DNA of 64,000 nt from Pseudomonadota bacterium. GTDB lineage: Bacteria; Pseudomonadota; Alphaproteobacteria; UBA8366. Shown here piece by piece: positions 62,158-64,000 of this stretch (positions are counted from its first letter, which is position 1; the number at the start of each line of letters is the position of its first letter). Where the stretch lies: assembly GCA_036339585.1 (NCBI GenBank), contig JAYZAS010000006.1, positions 66,972 through 130,971 of the forward strand, read 5' to 3'. The notes under the pieces were generated by a model. That model was not told where the DNA came from. It searched no databases and was given only the letters and a program-made list of their open reading frames with translations. The position numbers and the translations under genes are program-made.

Positions 62158-63731
62158 GAGCCTTCTCAGAACTTTTAGATAATCTTATTTGCACTCCACA
62201 AAGAAATGGTCGCATCCGATTACTCATCAATTATTTTGAAAAAGAAAAAGATCCAAACCGTGGTTGGGCAGTCGCTATATTAACAGGCGGCTTGGAATTG
62301 CCTAATGCAAAGACATCAGTAATACGAAGCTTGATTTCTGCTCGAACAGACCAGAAATTATTCGAGCTGTCTTACGAATATGTAGGTGACTTAGCTGAAA
62401 CAGTATCGCTCTTATGGCCAAACACTAGCAACAACAAGACACATCTCAATCTAACAAACGTTATTAAAGACTTGCAGAAAGCGAACCGCAAAACCTTTTA
62501 TGAACTGGTTGAGAACACCCTAGATAAAATAGATACATCGGAAAGATTTGCATTTTTAAAACTAATAATGGGCAACCTGAGGGTTGGTGTATCTGGTCGT
62601 TTAGTCAAGCTCGCATTAGCCGAATACGGCAATAAAGAGCCCTCAGAAATAGAGGAACTGTGGTTCGGACTTAAGCCTCCCTATCAAGATCTTTTTGCAT
62701 GGCTAGAGGCAAAAGCGCCGCCACCAATCATTAATGACAAATTAATATTTCGACCTTTGATGTTAGCAAATCCGATAACAAAAGACGCCCTTATGGATTT
62801 AGAGCACCAAAACTTTGTTGCCGAATGGAAGTGGGACGGAATAAGAGCTATCCTTGTAGGTGATGGCAAGGAATGTAAACTTTACTCGAGGACAGGAGAT
62901 GATATTGGACAAGCCTTCCCAGACATTGTGCGCCTAACAAAATTCAGAGGTGTTGTCGATGGCGAATTATTGATAGTACGTGAGGGTGTTGTCGCACCCT
63001 TTAACGATTTGCAAAAACGCCTTGGTCGGAAAAAACCCAGCAAAAACCTGCTCAAAGAATATCCTGCCCATTTTCGGGTATATGATATGTTGTTTAATCA
63101 TGACATAGACTTGCGATCGAAGTCACTTATCGATAGACGAACAAAATTAAAAGATTGGGTTGATGCTGTAGCGTCAACCCAAATTGACTTCTCCTCACAA
63201 ATAAACTTTTCAAGTTGGGAAGAGCTTTCAGCCATTAGAGATCAAGCTCGGGAAAATGGTATTGAAGGGTTAATGCTGAAGCAAATAAATAGTCCCTACC
63301 TTCCTGGACGACCAAAAGGACCTTGGTTCAAATGGAAAAGAGACCCACTAGTCGCTGATTGCGTGCTTATGTACGCCCAGCGGGGCCATGGCAAACGATC
63401 CTCCTTTTATTCTGATTATACCTTCGGTTGTTGGCGCAGTACCGTTGATGGAGTTGATGAATTGGTTCCTGTTGGGAAAGCTTATTCGGGTTTTACAAAT
63501 ACTGAATTGGTCGAGATTGACCGTTGGGTACGAGCAAACGGAAAAGAGCGTTTTGGACCTGTTCGCGCGGTTGAAGTTGGACTTGTCTTTGAAGTCGCAT
63601 TTGACGCTGTTCACCTTTCAAGTCGCCATAAGTCTGGTCTTGCAATGCGTTTCCCGAGAATCCATCGCATTAGGTGGGACAAACCTGCTCAAGAGGCAGA
63701 TAGAGTGGAAGGCCTATTGGAACTGGTATAA
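62154..63731 (+). CDS. ATP-dependent DNA ligase (bacterial ligase-associated damage response type)
   Basis: 525 aa. Adenylation motif I EWKWDGIR, EGLMLK (motif IV-like), WFKWKR (motif V-like), and an OB-fold C-terminus. Confidence 0.88.
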   Translation: MRAFSELLDNLICTPQRNGRIRLLINYFEKEKDPNRGWAVAILTGGLELPNAKTSVIRSLISARTDQKLFELSYEYVGDLAETVSLLWPNTSNNKTHLNLTNVIKDLQKANRKTFYELVENTLDKIDTSERFAFLKLIMGNLRVGVSGRLVKLALAEYGNKEPSEIEELWFGLKPPYQDLFAWLEAKAPPPIINDKLIFRPLMLANPITKDALMDLEHQNFVAEWKWDGIRAILVGDGKECKLYSRTGDDIGQAFPDIVRLTKFRGVVDGELLIVREGVVAPFNDLQKRLGRKKPSKNLLKEYPAHFRVYDMLFNHDIDLRSKSLIDRRTKLKDWVDAVASTQIDFSSQINFSSWEELSAIRDQARENGIEGLMLKQINSPYLPGRPKGPWFKWKRDPLVADCVLMYAQRGHGKRSSFYSDYTFGCWRSTVDGVDELVPVGKAYSGFTNTELVEIDRWVRANGKERFGPVRAVEVGLVFEVAFDAVHLSSRHKSGLAMRFPRIHRIRWDKPAQEADRVEGLLELV

Positions 63732-63789
63732 ATAGCAATGTGATGGTGCCATAAAAATCTTATATTCAACAACAAGAAGTGGTTTAGCC

Positions 63790-64000
63790 CTATTTTTTTT
63801 TACTCTTCCACGTACCACCGTAGTGATAAGTGTCAGGACATTCTTTTTTTACTATATTCAAACAAGCGTTGCACAGAAACATCCAGCCTATATTATTCTG
63901 GAATTTGCAACGAAAAAGGACACTAGCTGTTCTTCCGCACCTAGCACAATCCTTGTATCGTTCCCTCAAAAACCCCCCCCTTCCAAATATTCTGGCTATA
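63790..64000 (-). CDS. C-terminal end of a Cys-rich (zinc-ribbon-like) protein; the 5' part lies beyond the window
   Basis: Not in the track because no start lies in the window. My translation reads ...IARIFGRGGFLRERYKDCARCGRTASVLFRCKFQNNIGWMFLCNACLNIVKKECPDTYHYGGTWKSKKK*, with two CxxC pairs. I did not recognise a family. Confidence 0.4.
   Translation of the reverse strand, partial: IARIFGRGGFLRERYKDCARCGRTASVLFRCKFQNNIGWMFLCNACLNIVKKECPDTYHYGGTWKSKKK

Overview
This 64 kb window reads as conserved core chromosome of an alphaproteobacterium of moderate to low GC, an impression I could not compute. It is almost fully coding. The taxonomic call is an inference from several points: lpxI (DUF1009) sits between lpxA and lpxB, ProRS is the short form without an editing insertion, a perfect GAAC-N7-GAAC SOS box precedes lexA, a DUF1467 gene is present, and the gene order matches the typical alphaproteobacterial arrangement.

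Gene content, left to right:
- kdsA (partial), pyrG, secG and tpiA on the minus strand.
- A ppiD-like chaperone and trpE on the plus strand, converging on a YibQ-like divergent polysaccharide deacetylase.
- trpG-trpD-trpC-moaC-moeA, then lexA, gltX and gltA on the plus strand.
- A 13.5 kb minus-strand block: rpsB-tsf-pyrH-frr-uppS-cdsA-dxr-rseP-bamA-skp-fabZ-lpxA-lpxI-lpxB.
- dnaE, lolD, lolC/E, proS, and a lineage-specific secreted protein.
- A second minus-strand block: nuoABCDEFGHIJKLMN-birA-coaX-rnj-DUF1467.
- A less conserved right end (56-64 kb): TPR protein, metallophosphoesterase, GNAT, an AtuA-like DUF1446 plus DUF4387 pair, an amidohydrolase-like lipoprotein, a ligase-associated exonuclease plus ATP-dependent DNA ligase, and a partial Cys-rich ORF.

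I found no rRNA, tRNA, CRISPR array, transposase, integrase or phage gene.

I see no convincing self-contained novel system. The places not explained by the annotation are:
- a roughly 490 bp gap (37647-38136) holding a strong plus-strand intrinsic terminator and a perfect TATAAT box between two minus-strand genes, which makes a candidate sRNA;
- a 441 bp gap upstream of trpG with repeated hairpin/T-tract motifs;
- the orphan AtuA/DUF4387 module with its operator-like palindrome;
- a ligase-exonuclease pair without its usual helicase and PdeM partners;
- the absence of lpxD from its canonical slot.

All function calls rest on my recognition of motifs in the supplied translations. No database search was run.
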